Part shown: positions 1 through 14,029 of the stretch, piece by piece | How the letters are laid out: the number at the start of each line of letters is the position of its first letter | Numbering within the stretch: the first letter of the stretch is position 1 | NCBI RefSeq assembly: GCF_006345805.1 | Contig: NC_043015.1 | Location: forward strand, 34,968,001-35,032,000 | Reading direction: 5' to 3' | DNA from: Octopus sinensis | Lineage: Eukaryota | Length of the DNA: 64,000 nt | Notes under the pieces: model-generated | The model's input: the letters and a program-made list of their open reading frames with translations, nothing else | Told to the model about the DNA's origin: nothing | The model's database searches: none | Translations under genes and position numbers: made by a program

Positions 1-2546
1 AGTGCATCAGCATGACCGCTGCTCTGAGCTGAAACTAGAAAAAAAAATATATATATATATATATATAAGATACAAAATATACATTAAGTGAATACTAAAT
101 ACTACAATTTAAACTATATACATTAAATCAAATTTTTAATTAATTTATTTATTTAATAAACATCCAAATAAAGTCTCATACCCATTAAGCAATTTATACT
201 AAAAACCTTAATGTTAAGTCATATACACAATGCTAGTACAAGCCATAAATACTGGAATCAAAAATAGAAAATGGTTCAAACATACACACACCATGTAACT
301 TGGCAAGAAATTCCTCAAGAGAAAACATTTGTCATCTGATCATTAACATACTTAATAGGGCCCCTGCATAGAAAAGTGCAAGGAGCATGTCTCCTAAATA
401 TTAAATATTCACATTATAACAATTAATAAATAATTCAAATGTTTAATTTCAGATTTAAATAAATTTTAACGATTATAAGGGTGTCTAATTACTTCTGTCA
501 CTTGTGTGTGTGTGTGTGTTAATGCAATAGAAACATATGTCATCTTTATAAGGTGAGATCTATAATAATTTTCTCTATACGTATTTTTTGTTGTTTTATA
601 CATATACGTATATATATACATGTACACATACATACAGCTACTGTTTTGACTATAATGAACAATAACTTTAGTTAATTTGGTTTGCAATTATCATTTTAAA
701 TCAACTACTAAAATAAATTGTGTATTGAAATTATATCCTTGTATTCAACATACCATGTATCTGTAAATCATTGTGCTTTACTACATTGTGATTATTCAAT
801 GCATAACAATTCTGTTATTAAGAAGTTTACAATGTGAACTTGGATTTCTCTTAACATAATTTGAAAACTTATCATTTTACTTAGGATTTTCTGACTTTGA
901 TAATTTTGAAGTACCTGCAGCAGAGAAACTTGTACATTTAACTGCCAACCGAGTAAAACAACCCAAAAAGCGTCCCCCATCCCTAGTTTTTCTTCATTCT
1001 GTAAGTATCTTTTGCTACCGTCAAGTAGTTTTTGTTTTTGGTGGTGGGTTTACATTTTTTATATTTTTATATATTTTAATGGGATGAAGTGTTTTATAAA
1101 TTCTAACATTTCTTCTTGTAAGTCTTTCGTAACTCTTTACAGCAAAAGATACTTTGAACAATACTTAGCAAGTTACTTATTGAAGGAATTGAACTATTTT
1201 GCCCTCTGGGCTTGAAATAAATTATCAACAAATATATAATACTAATTTTTGTTGCTAATGACCATAGTTTAGAATATCCAGCACATTAAAATAATTAAGA
1301 AAGGCTATCCATTTTTGCTTGTTGCTATGTTAACCCTTGGATGCCCCTGTTTGAACATATCCATAATGAAATATGTTATAGCCATGATTATTCCTAACCT
1401 TATATTTAAGACTACATTATCCAATATGTTCTTCATTTCCTAAGAGAGGAGGGTATGATTTGAAGGACATTTGGTTGTTATTTCTAACAAGTTGAGCAAT
1501 CACATAGAGGCTTCTGCACTGATTCTTATCTTCATTGGTAAAAACAAGAGCTAACAGCTGATCTTGACCATGGAAAAAAAGTGAATTCATTTATGAAATG
1601 TTATTACAAGTTTCTGATAGTCTTGATCAACTTCTGACAAGCTGAACAGGTAACACGGTTAAAGTGCTCAACCCATTAATTAAACCTATTTTACAGCTCT
1701 TTCAGTAAAATGATGTTTGTAAGATAGTATGTGTTGCACCAGAAAATAATTTTTTTGCTTTTAGGTTTAAATGCTTATCAGTATTCTGAGAATAGACAAG
1801 TACAAACATCAGCAGAAAGGATAGTAGAAATAATAGTTAATTAGATGGCAGGCAGACAGATAGATGAGTCTACAGATATACCAATAAATATGTAGATAGA
1901 GAGATATATTAATAGATATACAAATAAATAGGTAGGTGATCTGAAATGAAATGTAAAGAAATTGGATTAATCTCAATTAGTAAATAACATGGACTGAGCC
2001 TTAGTGGTGGTTGCACAGCGAAAAGTGTAGTTTTTTTAAATATATATATTAATAAGTTTATCTTCATAATTCATCTTGATTTCTTTAAACTATAAAGCAT
2101 ATAATATCTGACAAACCTATTAAAAGAAGGTAAATAAGCAATACCTTCAAAGTTCACTTCAATTATATTTAGAAGTCATTTTGATTAAATGGCAGTTTCA
2201 AAAGAAATTCCTTGCTTGCATTTAGTAATGTTTTCGAAAATGCTGACTTTCCATGTGTCCTCCCCCTTCTTTTGTTGTTAGTGTTAACAAATCTTTGTCT
2301 TTCTACATGTTGTTCTTTGATAATAACAATAAAGACAATGTATAGAAGATAAACTAATAAAGGAAAATTTATAGCATCTAACTTTGAAGTAAACTAATTG
2401 TATTGATAAAGTTTCATTATCTGACTTTTTTTTTTTTTGTTTTGTAAAGTTCATATATCAGTTGCAAAACACTGGCCTCTATCATTTTTTGCTGGTGAGG
2501 GTAGAATGAGAAATTTCAACTCTAGCTATAAGCTTCTCTTTTGCAG

Positions 2547-2663
2547 GAAGAAGAAAAAACTGAAATTAAAGAAACCAAAGAGAAAGAGCCATTGCAAGGA
2601 GAGAAAAAACAACCTGCTGTTCCAACTGCTGCCACTTCTATCAAAGCTACTATTAGAACTGAA
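2547..2663 (+). CDS. SH3KBP1: CIN85/CD2AP-like adaptor, probable antepenultimate exon (EEEKTEIKETKEKEPLQGEKKQPAVPTAATSIKATIRTE)
   Basis: Polypyrimidine tract plus TTTTGCAG acceptor ending 2546; 117-nt open phase 0-0 exon; weak donor AA|GTATTT. Phase matches the next exon. Low-complexity linker, so no family motif of its own. Confidence 0.55.
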
Positions 2664-3479
2664 GTATTTATATTTTACAATATTTCAGCCTAACAATACT
2701 CATTTGTTTTTTGGGATAGGAGCATTTTCTATATATATGAAGATGTCCTTTCATATTTATCTTAATAATACTAAAACTCTAGATGATGTTTGTTTGTACC
2801 TGAAATATCTCAGAAATAGTATATTTTATCTTAATTCTTTTTACACATATATTTTGATACTTACTTTATGCAGTGCAGTACGAATTTTTGTGATATTTGG
2901 ACCTCTATTTATTAATGAAAAGGATTAAACACAATCGTGGCTTCCGTGATGTCAATACACATACAGAATACACACACATATAACGACTGTCATGGCATGT
3001 CAATCAACACAAACACGTACGCTATCTGTGATATATACACACACATAGTCCTCACGCTCTCTAAGAAAAAAACCTTGACTTTTTGACATACACAATATTT
3101 TAATCATTTAGAAATATTTTTAGGTGAATGTGATTAATTTCACTAATTATTCTGTAGTGTAGTGGATGCTAAGGAAAATGTAGATGGGTCATGTTTGAGG
3201 GTGTATAAGTGTGTGTCTATTAGAATTCTGTTATCTACTCTTTTGTTCATTTTAGTCATTCATTCTGGATACACAATATGGCAGTCTTATGAAGAATCAG
3301 AACTTCAGATGTGATAAACACATGGAAATAGCAATGGGAACAACTGTAAAACGAACTTCATTAACTGCTTAAGTGGCTCACTAGGTGTAGTTAATAATTT
3401 CTGTTTCCTAGATAATCTAATTAGTGTTGGGGGTGGATATAGTGAAAACTAGAATAAGAAGGATCTTTTGACATCAAAG

Positions 3480-3790
3480 AGTTTCTGTCTTCATGTGAAA
3501 GGTTTACAGCAGAGTAATGAGGCATCAACACTGCAAAGACTGAAAAGAAATGAAGCAAGCATGTTTCATTGGATGTGTAATGTTTTACTAACATAAGCAG
3601 GAATGAGTTTAAAATTAAAGACTAGGAGGATGTGCAGGTGGGAATGTGTGATATGAATGGATGAATAAATAAGTACTGCATGAAGAATTGCTATGTAGTG
3701 TCAGTGAAATGTATCCAGCATGAGGAAGAGTTGGGAAGAAGTATTGAGTTCAGGTCTTGGAATACAGGGCACCACAAAGTAAATGACAAA
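3480..3790 (+). mobile_element. Highly decayed RTE LINE 3' ORF fragment
   Basis: GAAATGAAGCAAGCATGTTTCATTGGATGTGTAATG matches the RNEASMLRWMCNV region of the intact copy at 31634-33274. Confidence 0.55.
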
Positions 3791-4686
3791 ACACTGAGAT
3801 GTTTACAATATTGCATACACATCTAACCCATACCAAGTTAGAAAAAAAGATATTAAAATGTGTGTGCATGCATATTTGAACCAGGAAATTTGTTAACCAA
3901 GTTAATTTTGAGTTACTCTTATTTCTAAGGTATGTGTGGTAAGTATATCGAGTTGGGGGTAACGTATTTTCAATGCTGTAAGAGAAAGATAAACATTAGC
4001 TATCATCAGAATAGATGTGTTAAAGTAAAATATATTTTAAATTACCAGAGAAACTCAAGAGCAAAAAAAGATTATCACAAAATAATTTACATTTCTATGG
4101 TAGATGCTTTTTGAACATATATGTTCTAGTAATGTTTGAAAGGGATACACTCAAATAATGTGTACTCATATCAGCACAAAACCATAGATTTGTGGGTTAT
4201 AATTAATTGAATTAAACCAATATATATCTTGCTTTCATTGACCCCAGATAGAAGTAACTAAACTTGAGCTTGGAACATAAAGGTTTATAGTTGAATATCA
4301 TAAGGCAAATTATGTAGCATTCTATTGCTTCTTCACTCCCACACCTTAATTACATTAAAAAAATATCCAATATTCACACCCTGTCGGATATTCTGAAATA
4401 GATTTCTTATTTTAAGTAGAACTAGATGTAAACATTTGTTAAGATCAATGTGACTGGGATGATAAAAAAAAATAGAGAGAGCAACACTCATTTATGTATC
4501 TTAAGCTTTTCACACAATCTAGTGTTTGGACTAAAGTTAATGTCAAAGTAAGGGATTTTTTTTTATTTTCCAGTTTTTATATTCAATGTGTTCAGACAGT
4601 GAAAATAAATATAATCAAATCTTGTTTAGAATATATATGTCCTAATTATTTAATTACAGCTATTTCTTTCTTATCTGGAATTTCAG

Positions 4687-4798
4687 AACAAAGAAGTTTC
4701 AAAATTTGATTCAGTGCCATCCCATGTCGTAGCAGAAAGTCATACTAAAGCAAAGTCGCCCAGTGGTACCACAAGTTTTGAAGTCTTGGCTCAAAATG
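4687..4798 (+). CDS. SH3KBP1: CIN85/CD2AP-like adaptor, penultimate exon (NKEVSKFDSVPSHVVAESHTKAKSPSGTTSFEVLAQN)
   Basis: TTTCAG acceptor, open frame, G|GTAAC donor; phase 0 in and phase 1 out matches the terminal exon. Confidence 0.7.
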
Positions 4799-5219
4799 GT
4801 AACAACTCATATTAACTATAAATCAAATTGTTTTTTACTGCTGTTTTAGTATTTATTATTCTATCATTGCTTGTTCTCATTTTTTTTTTTCTTTATGAAA
4901 TGACTTTTCACGTGTTGACATTTTCTGAGAGGAGGGTTTTTCTTGTACCATTCATTTATATAGTTAAACACATCATTTATCCAGGCTGATAAATTAAGAA
5001 GAAGAAAATAAGCTCAGTCATCCACAAATACAAAGATGAGACTGCTATTGTGTGTGTCTTTGTAGCTATGATAATATGAGGCTTATTCAGTTTCTGGTCC
5101 TCCCAATCAGTGCTGAGTCAGTACAAGGGAATCTGTCCTATTTGAAAAGTGTACACTTCAGTTCTGTGCACACTTTATTCATTATAATCAATTTCACACA
5201 CAAATGAACTTCTTGGAAC

Positions 5220-7130
5220 CATTAATGGAAGTTCTGTTGATGTCTTAGTCAGATATTTCTCCTGCAGATACCTCACTAGGAAGATTGTATCTGGGATGCT
5301 TCAAGAGACAAATTCAAACTGCACCTCATCCAGGTTTACTCTGTCATTTGGTCTAGAGGTTTAATTTTTCTATAGTTGCTTCTCTCTAAAGTGTCACCTC
5401 TGCCCTTGTAGTTGACTTAACAATCTGAATGGTAATCTTATATCCTGCTTCCTCACATATTCGAAGCATCTCTGCAGCTATCCCCAATGGTCCCACAGCT
5501 TTCCCCCTCTTCATATCCTTGATTACTTAATCTACTGCACTGCTGTCAATTTGGATCACTGGTTCCTCAGTTGGATCAGCATGGGGTAATCCCTGTTCAT
5601 CCTATGTGTTCTCCACATTCAGCAGCCTTTTATTACAGTATTTCTGGTCCCGTGTCAGTGGCACGTAAAAGCACCATCCGTTCGTGTTCGTTGCCAGCCT
5701 TCCGCTGGCCCCCGTGCCGGTGACACATAAAAGCACCGTCCGTTCGTGGCCGTTTGCCAGCTCTGTCTGGCACCTGTGCAGGTGGCACGTAAAAAACACC
5801 CACTACACTCGCGGAGTGGTTGGCGTTAGGAAGGGCATCCAGCCATAGAAACACTGCCAGATCTGACTGGGCCTGACGAAGCCTTCCAGCTTCACGGAAC
5901 CCCAGTTGACCTGTCCAACCCATGCCAACTTCTGTTGCTCCATATCAGTGGTGAGTTTGCCTTCATCATTCTGATCACACTTCTCACCAATATATGAGAT
6001 TCTCTCTCAAACATTGTCTTGCAATTGTGAACACTTCCCACCTATGATCCTCATGTTGCAGGATACCAGCAAATCTCTTCCTTTCTATCTTGCTTTTAAC
6101 CAAATACGTCTGATGCCCAGATGCCCCTTGAGTCATTGTGTAATGCTTCCCACTAACACTATCTTTCCAGTTTATCTAAACCTGTCTCTTAGCCTTGCCT
6201 GCCCTATCAACTTTATCATTCCACTATCATCTTACTCTATGTTTGGCCAAAACTTTGCTCTAGCTACAGGTCTCATATGTAACCCTAAGTTGTAAAAATT
6301 CCCAGTTGTGATCTATGCTGCAAGTATCTAAATTTACCTCCCTACACTCATATGCATTACAATTTCTCTAAACCTATTTCCAATTGCTGAATCTTTTAGT
6401 TTCCAGACCTTCCTACTGTTTTTCTTTTCTGTGTCTGCCCAGTCCTGTTACAGAAGTCACTAACTTACGTTGCAAGGTGCATTCTTCACTAGGAAAGGTT
6501 TTGGTATTTACATTTCCTGGCAAGAATATAATCAATCTGATTTCTGTGTTTGCCATATTGGTAGGTGATGTAGGGATTGGATGGATTCTTACACTTGTCT
6601 CGTTTCTCTTGCTGTAACTATAAACCTCCATGTACGTCACAAAACCCATCAATGTGTTGACTAACATAACTGTTGAAGTATGCAGCTGCGATACTGAGGT
6701 CCCTGTCACTCATTGTGGGAGTCTGCTGAAAGTTCTCACAGAAACAATCCTTCTGTTCTGGTAGTCTTGCCTGTGGTGTGTATGCCAAGTAAATGTTGCT
6801 ATAATGATTAGCTTTAATTTAATTACCCTGTCATGAAGCTTAACTACCTCTGTTACCTTATCAATCCATCTCTCAGCTAAGAGTACACCTACCCAACTCC
6901 TGCCATCATTGCCCACCCAGAAGTGTTTGAATTGCTGTGTTCTACCCATTAGAAGTTTAGTTGAAGATACTTTCCATCTTACCTTTTGCCCATAGCACTT
7001 GTCTCCACTCCAGCAGCATCCACTCTGCAATCTCATTATACCTACCCTTCATTCTGCCTAGGTTTCAACTTGCTGCCCTTTTGTTTTGGAATGTACAGAA
7101 GGAGGCATGTCTTAGCTGTGAAGCTGTTTG
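5220..7130 (-). mobile_element. Decayed RTE LINE (endonuclease to RT N-terminus) in the last CIN85-like intron
   Basis: Fragments VGVLLAERWIDKV..., KTFPSEECTLQRKLV and RLLNVEN are colinear with the RTE ORF; many stops and frameshifts. Confidence 0.8.
5640..5926 (+). mobile_element. RTE 3'-UTR-derived short element nested in opposite orientation inside the decayed RTE
   Basis: Contains CACCCACTACACTC..GGAGTGGTTGGCGTTAGGAAGGGCATCCAGC, shared with RTE 3' ends at 16720 and 28830. Confidence 0.75.
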
Positions 7131-7599
7131 GTTCTTTGTTGATCAGAGTCTGACTGCATTTCTACCTGTGAGGAATAAGAGAAGTTGGGCCATATTTGGC
7201 CAGCAGATTAATTTTTCCTGTCATTAGAATTGCCATCATTCATTCCTTTTCCTGTATATTGCTATACATGTTGCATCAGGTACCACACAAATATTAATAA
7301 ACAAATAAAGTTAGAAACTAAAGTAAAAAAATAGAATGATTCCAAATGCTCTAATACACTGATGAATTACTATTAAACAACTTAGAACATAGACACAACC
7401 AACTTAGATCCAGCCAAAAAAAGGGGTTTGTATGGTGCCCATTACTCTATCAGAAACAGCAGCCAAATTTCCCCCAAGATTCAAGCCCACATTCCTAGAA
7501 TATTGAAAATAATAGGCACTTGAAGAAGATTAAAAGTTATGTGATTAAAAGAGCCAAGATGAAGAGATTCGATCAAATATAATTGTGTACAAAAATGGT

Positions 7600-7785
7600 T
7601 TCAAATTTTGGCACAAGGCCTGCAATTTTGCAGGAATGGGTAAGTCAATTACATCAACTGGTACTTATTTTATTGACCCTGACTTCAGCAGAACTTGAAT
7701 GCAGAATATATATAGACAGACCAAATGCCACTAATCATTTTGGCCAGTGTGCTAACAATCCTGCCAGCTCACCACCTTATGTTAG
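7600..7785 (-). mobile_element. Degenerate SINE-like dispersed repeat
   Basis: CAACTGGTACTTATTTTATTGACCC block recalled as typical of cephalopod SINE bodies; recognition only, no search run. Confidence 0.45.
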
Positions 7786-7852
7786 TGGATAATAATTATA
7801 GTAATTCAGACAAAACTTAGTTTTGAAATATTTATTTACTTTCATTTTTCAG

Positions 7853-8121
7853 AAATTGGAAGTAATTTTACATCTGATGAAGTAAAAGAACTTATTCTTG
7901 AGATAAAAGAACTAAAAAAAGAGATGGTATCCAAATCCTGTTATGATGAGCTCAAAGCAGACAATGAACAGTTGCATCAGGAGATTGAGGCCCTAAAGAG
8001 TTCTTTTCAGCGAAGATTTCGCAATATTGTTAATGAGCTGGATGAAGAAAAGAAAGTTCGTCTGAATATGCAAGTGGAAATAGACAGGATGAAAATGTTA
8101 ATCTCTGAGTCTACGATCTGA
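7853..8121 (+). CDS. SH3KBP1: CIN85/CD2AP (SH3KBP1/cindr-like) terminal exon encoding the C-terminal coiled coil
   Basis: TTCATTTTTCAG acceptor, phase 1. Ends ...IVNELDEEKKVRLNMQVEIDRMKMLISESTI*, matching the CIN85/CD2AP C-terminal signature ELDEEKKxRLxLQxEV. SH3 domains lie upstream, outside the window. Confidence 0.85.
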
Positions 8122-8801
8122 AAGTTGCTGACTGCAATACCTGCTGTTTGGAGAATGTAACAAAATTAACCATTTTCTTCTTCCATATTTCCCCCCCACC
8201 CATACAGACATTTGCCTTGTCTTTCATCATAAACATTCATATTCATATATATAATCCATTTCCACTCACTCTTATTATATGGTCTTATTTTTTATTTTGA
8301 TTTCAAAGTAATTGGAAATGTAAATTGTACTTATCGTTTAAAAACTTTCTCAGTATCCTATATGGTGCTAAGGGCATTATTAGGATTGCAATCCAAAAAA
8401 GAACCAATTTACAACATTTTCTATTTGTTGTAGAAATATTTCATAAGCCCATAGACTTGTACATAGTTAAATATTATGGGCTGCCTACCTGACTTGTTAG
8501 TGTAGAAACCAAAAAATATAAAAAAGAAAAACATTAGTGATGCGGTGACAATATACTTAACAGCAAATATTGTGAATGCTAAATACATTTCTGTAAAAAA
8601 TTGTTCTTCAACAATTATTTTGTATTTCTATTAAATGTTAAGTCAATCAATTCACAATTATCTGCTGATAAAGTTAATAATTTGGGGGCAACAGCACTAT
8701 ATCATTCTCTCTCTCTCTCTCTCTTGCTCTCTCTCTCTCTCTCTCCTTCACCAGGTATTACTGCATCCAGTTGTTCTTTACTTACCATCTTGTAACCAAT
8801 G

Positions 8802-8807
8802 AATAAA
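8802..8807 (+). promoter_or_regulatory. Candidate polyadenylation signal of the CIN85-like gene
   Basis: AATAAA about 680 nt after the stop; the putative 3' UTR includes a (CT)n tract at ~8706-8745. Confidence 0.45.
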
Positions 8808-10544
8808 GACCTAAAAAAGCAGTTGACAGCTGTATCTTAGTAGTTAAGAGAGAAATACTAATTAAATGACTATTCTCTGTAACAAAGATTGAAATAGAAT
8901 ATTGGATTTTTAGATTTTATTTCTATAAATTTGTTGTTAAAATCTCAGTATTTTGTAAGTTTACTTATTTTTCATTTATTTCTTTATGTTCCTTAGCTAC
9001 ATTGCTTCAGGTAATTAACAATAGTTTTTCTTCATCAAATATGGTCAACAGTTTATTTAAGATTTTTAGAAATGGTTTACGATAGAAGAATAGTTTACTT
9101 CCCTAATAATCACCCCTGAATAAGATTGAAGTTTTAATATATTTTCTATAAATATCAGCATTCATTGCATGTTGCTCTCTAAAAGAACACTTATTAATCT
9201 CAGTACATAATTGAAGTACCTTTTGTCTTAATGCTTGACATTCCTCATTTATTCTATCAATATGTTTTTTTTAAATTTTATATGTGAATAATGCCAAGGG
9301 TTGGCTCATTGGTAACAAAATTAGCTAAATGTAACATTTTGTTGCAATTAGTAACATTTTATTGTAAATGCTGTTTGAGCAACTCTTGTCAATGGATCAG
9401 CATAGCATTGTTTTCTTATCTGAAACGAAACAATTAGTAACTATTAATATGTATGGCTGTTGTAATTAAAGTTGATTGTAATATTTAGTTTTAGAATAGC
9501 CATTGCTTGCCATCATTTTCTTTTCTTGTGAATGATAAAATATATCTGAAAGATGACATTGGTTTTGAAAATTCAATTCTGTGTTTACTTATGAACTCAT
9601 TGATTTATTATAGATAGAATTTTAATTTCATCTCAACAAACCCTCAAGTTTAAAAGCTTAGTGATATTATCCAACTGTATATTTCAAATTAGATCAAATA
9701 CCAAACATGTTTTCAAATATGTTATACTGAGTAATTTTAAGAAATCAACTTTATATTAAATTTGTTAGACATAATTATTTTACTGCATTATTCGAGGAAA
9801 TCACCTATTGATTGCCTTTCTCATCATGAAATGAAAAAAGTTTTCAATGAAACGTTAAATTTCATAATAGAACATGCAGTGCTGCTTCAATTATTCATAA
9901 AAATTAAAATGTATTAAAGTTATTTAACTCAAAAATTAACCTATTGAAAGCCTAAGATTATGTTTATAAAATTCTGTCTTTCAATTTTTGTTGGAAGAAT
10001 TCATTTATACAACTTTTTAGAAGCATAATTTCAGCATATATAAATTTTCAGGAATATTCTTATATTCCACTCATAAACCTGTCCAACAATTTTTGTTGTT
10101 TTTATTTTGTTGGTGATTTTTCTTTTGCCATTTTCATTCTTCTGCATTAATAGAAATAAAACACAAATATTGTAATATATTCTTGAAAAGCCAACTAAAT
10201 TATGACAACAATAAACTTGAAATGGTATCCTATTAGTCTGTTGTGGTATTTGCACTTTGAACTGTTAATTGAAAGCTAATTAAGATATGACTTGGGGGCT
10301 TTTAAATGTAAAATCTACTAATCCTACTATCCTGGGGAGTGTTGATGGGCCCCTGTCAACTTCACATGTGATATGTCACAAAGTTTATTGATCAAGACTC
10401 CAGTATGTTTGTTACAATTGAAGTACATCTCTCAGTCAGTTTTATACTATAGCAATGCTGTTTCCATTGTGAATTTACAGTCTCAAACAAAAGAGAATTT
10501 GCTTAGAGATATTGAGCAGGTCAAGACATTTCATAGCTGCTCAT

Positions 10545-10600
10545 CATCATCATCATCATTATTTAACGTCTGCTTCCCATGCTAGCATGGGTTGGACAAA
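10545..10600 (-). mobile_element. RTE 3' tail remnant
   Basis: (CAT)n followed by ATTTAACGTCTGCTTCCCATGCTAGCATGGGTTGGAC, the reverse complement of the RTE (GAT)n-tailed 3' end. Confidence 0.7.
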
Positions 10601-12028
10601 TTCTGTGTGTATGCATGAGAGAGAGAGAGAGAGATTTGTAATCTAAGTCTAGAGGCTTAACTTCTTAATCATATTTTACTGACTTTCAAAGTGCTTAATA
10701 TCATAAGATGTTAAAAGCTGGATCCCATTCATTCCCTTCATTCTTTATTAGTATTTTATACTATTAACCTTTTCTTGTAACATTAGTTCTTTTTTTTTTT
10801 TTTTATTAAAATATAAAAGAAAACTTATCTGATTTCTGACAACCAAATTACTTACAGTCTCTATTCAAGGAGTCTTTAGTCACCAAATTTTCACTTGACA
10901 ACACTTTCTTTAGTGTAATTTATTATTATATATGTATATAATTTATAGAATTGTTAAAGAATTAAAATAAAGAATTTGTTAGGATACAGTTTGCTGCTTT
11001 ATATTTTGTAACATTGATTCTTTCAAAAATGTTTCCATTTCAAAGATTTACAATTTCTGTTTAATTGTAAACCAATTAACTAAGAACTCTGGCGGGATAT
11101 TGGAAGGAGGGGGAGGAGGAGCTTATTCAAAAGAGCATCTATAGTTTATATCTGCCGTGGCTCAACTAATAATGATTATAATAAATAGTTACAATAACTT
11201 ATTCTAGTAAATACTTTAGAGCAAAAGGTCTGCTCTCAACAAGGTGAGACTCCAAAGCCCTTTCAATTCTTGATCAAAGCAATGTAGTTCACTGAATCTG
11301 TTGGTTCTCTTCAGAAAATGCACCTTTGTAAAATATTTGCTCAATGTAAAAGATATGAACCTTAATTATCACGAGCTGATTGAATGCCTTTCAATATTTC
11401 ATTCTTCTGTGTTCTGAATTGACTTTCCTTTCCTTGCATCTAGGCTTGATGAATACCAATCATGGTTTATTGTCATCACTCATATCGTTACTTAATTAAT
11501 TCAGCAAGCTAAGATGTGGGTTCTTTTCTTGAAGTTAATTTACCAATTCTACATAATTTTAATGAATATATCATTATAGCATTTATCAAAACAGGTTGGT
11601 TTGTTTTTATCTCTTTGTTAAATACACAAAGTATATTATTGAAACTGTTATAGCTTATTGATTTTTTCTAATTTGCAGTATAAAGTCAGTAACGATATAA
11701 TCATTAAAATCTTTGTTTTTAATACAAAGATTGTCAGTTATCTGCAAGAAGAAAACCTTTTTTTTTAATTTAAAGAAAACTAATTTGTTTTGAAACACAG
11801 AGAAAAATTCTTAATGCTACATATTTTCTCTATTGTCCTCTCAAAGATTAAATATAATATTGTTTAAAGCAAAAACCTTATTTTGCAATGCAGTAATTCT
11901 GCTTTTTATTAAAGTTATGTAATTTACAATGCTGAAAAGAGTTTTTGACTGGGGCAGGGCTGGGGGCCGTCATCCCCCCATCCCCACTACCGTCTACCTG
12001 TGTAGTTTACAAAAGTTTATTTCGTTCA

Positions 12029-12032
<4 letters not shown>

Positions 12033-12083
<51 letters not shown>
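12033..12083. repeat. (CT)n microsatellite
   Basis: About 25 direct CT units. Confidence 0.95.
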
Positions 12084-12087
<4 letters not shown>

Positions 12088-12351
12088 TTTCTTATTGCAC
12101 TGCATTAATAGAAATAACTCTACCTCTAAATTGGGACTGAATATGCATGACAAAGTCTTTTATTAAAATCTGTTAATAAACCTGCAAAATGATCAATTCT
12201 TTTGAAAGTAAAAGACTTGATGAAGTCATGTATATCAGTTTGTTTAATAGAATAATATATTCTACCACTTATTGTAATTGACATCACAATTCAAAAAGAA
12301 CATAGAATGGTTTGGGTTATAATTTTTTTTTTAAATAAGCATTCCTGATTT

Positions 12352-12385
<34 letters not shown>

Positions 12386-14029
12386 TATTAGTCTCAATGA
12401 ACTGAAAATAATTTGTTCATGTAGACAACAATGATGTTTGTGTGAATTTAGTTTTATTCCCTTTTCTGATCAACAACTTCTGTGAAGTTGTTCTCATCAT
12501 AATTTATCTTCTTGTTATTATCTCCTTTAACCAATTGTATGCTTCATATATCAAATCCAAAAATTCTATAATTATTAGAATCTCTGGAGAGACGTGTCTT
12601 GTAACCACATAGCATGGACTAATTTTTTAACTGAAGTGCTGGATTTGTCAATGTAGTTTGCCTACATCCCATCATTAGATCACTAATGTAATGTGTCTTT
12701 GAATAAAATCAAATTCAATAATGTAGTTGAAATAGTTTCTTTCTTTGTCTATTAAATGAAACATTTGTCTGAATGTATGTTGTCAAAATCATTTGTCTTT
12801 CTACTTATAAATATGCTGTCCAATAAGATGCATAAAATTACTCAGATTGTTTGGTTAAGTTAGGGATATGAAAATAATAAGAGTTGACTGAGAGTGCAGA
12901 AAGCCAGGTTAAATGCATGTTATGACCTCAATTAGGCATAGAGGAGATTCAAACCTGAATTGGCAAATTTCCCAAGATATTTCAACAGCACTTTTCTCAG
13001 TTAGTGAGAACCAAGTAGGTTGACCAGCTGTACGAAAAAAACCATCAACAGAATGAAAAGGGAAAGAGGCACAATTATGGTAACTCACCAATGAAGCACT
13101 TATTTCAGCCCATCACTCTCACTCGCTCACTTTCTTTTCTCTACAACGTTACCCTGTCTCTGTCTGTGGTTTACTACTACACAGTGACAAGAAACAAACT
13201 ATACAAGGAAAATCTGCGATATCTCTCTTTACCTCACATGCTTTACAAATTATATTAATGCCAACCCATGTTCTTCTTTCACCTTACACATCTGCAACAT
13301 CAACACCCAATACAATTGGTAACTGCCAATCTGCAACATATATCATTACATTTACTGTTACAAATGGTGACCACTGACTACACCTAAAATACCATTACAC
13401 ATTTTAATAACTAGTTTTCTCTCTCCATTTTCTGAGTTCATATTCCTCTGCAGATGACAACCAATGCCAGCATGGAAGACAGACATAAATCATGATGATA
13501 ATGATGATGGTTCAACTGATTATAAAAATAGGAAGTCCAAAGTGTTTCAGTATGTTGGTCACTCAATTCTTAATAGCATAAAATTTTAATCACTTGAAGA
13601 TATTTAACAACATTTACATATATTTCAAGGGACATGAATAAAAAAAGATGGAAAAATGTAGGTAGAGCAATTTTTTAAGGACAAAATTTACAAACTCAAG
13701 AATCCAGAAACCTTCCAGAAGATATGTCGGAAATGAAACTCAAATATCTTTTTGGAAAACCATAGACACCAAGTTATTAAGAGATGCTTTTTTTTCAATC
13801 CTAAATTTGAGTTGGATGCCTAAATATGACTTCAGACAGAGAAAGCAAACAGTTTCTGAGCAATTTCTAACTACTTACAGTCATTCATAAGTTTTCTTAT
13901 GTTAGCTTGAGGAACATTCTGTTCAGGATGTGCAAATTAGTACTTCTAGACGATATTCAAGTAGAGGTTCTTAACAGTTTCCCCATTCAAAGTGCTGCAA
14001 AGGGTGGAGTTACAACCAGATCAGAAAAA

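Noticed and set aside
2437-2928. 163-aa ORF from the track
   Set aside because: Wrong frame and spans intron sequence; the real coding portion is the 117-nt exon at 2547-2663 in another frame.
11945-11995. Isolated GC-rich patch with G-runs then C-runs (possible G-quadruplex)
   Set aside because: Only three G-tracts, and they can pair with the adjacent C-tracts; insufficient for an intramolecular G4 call.
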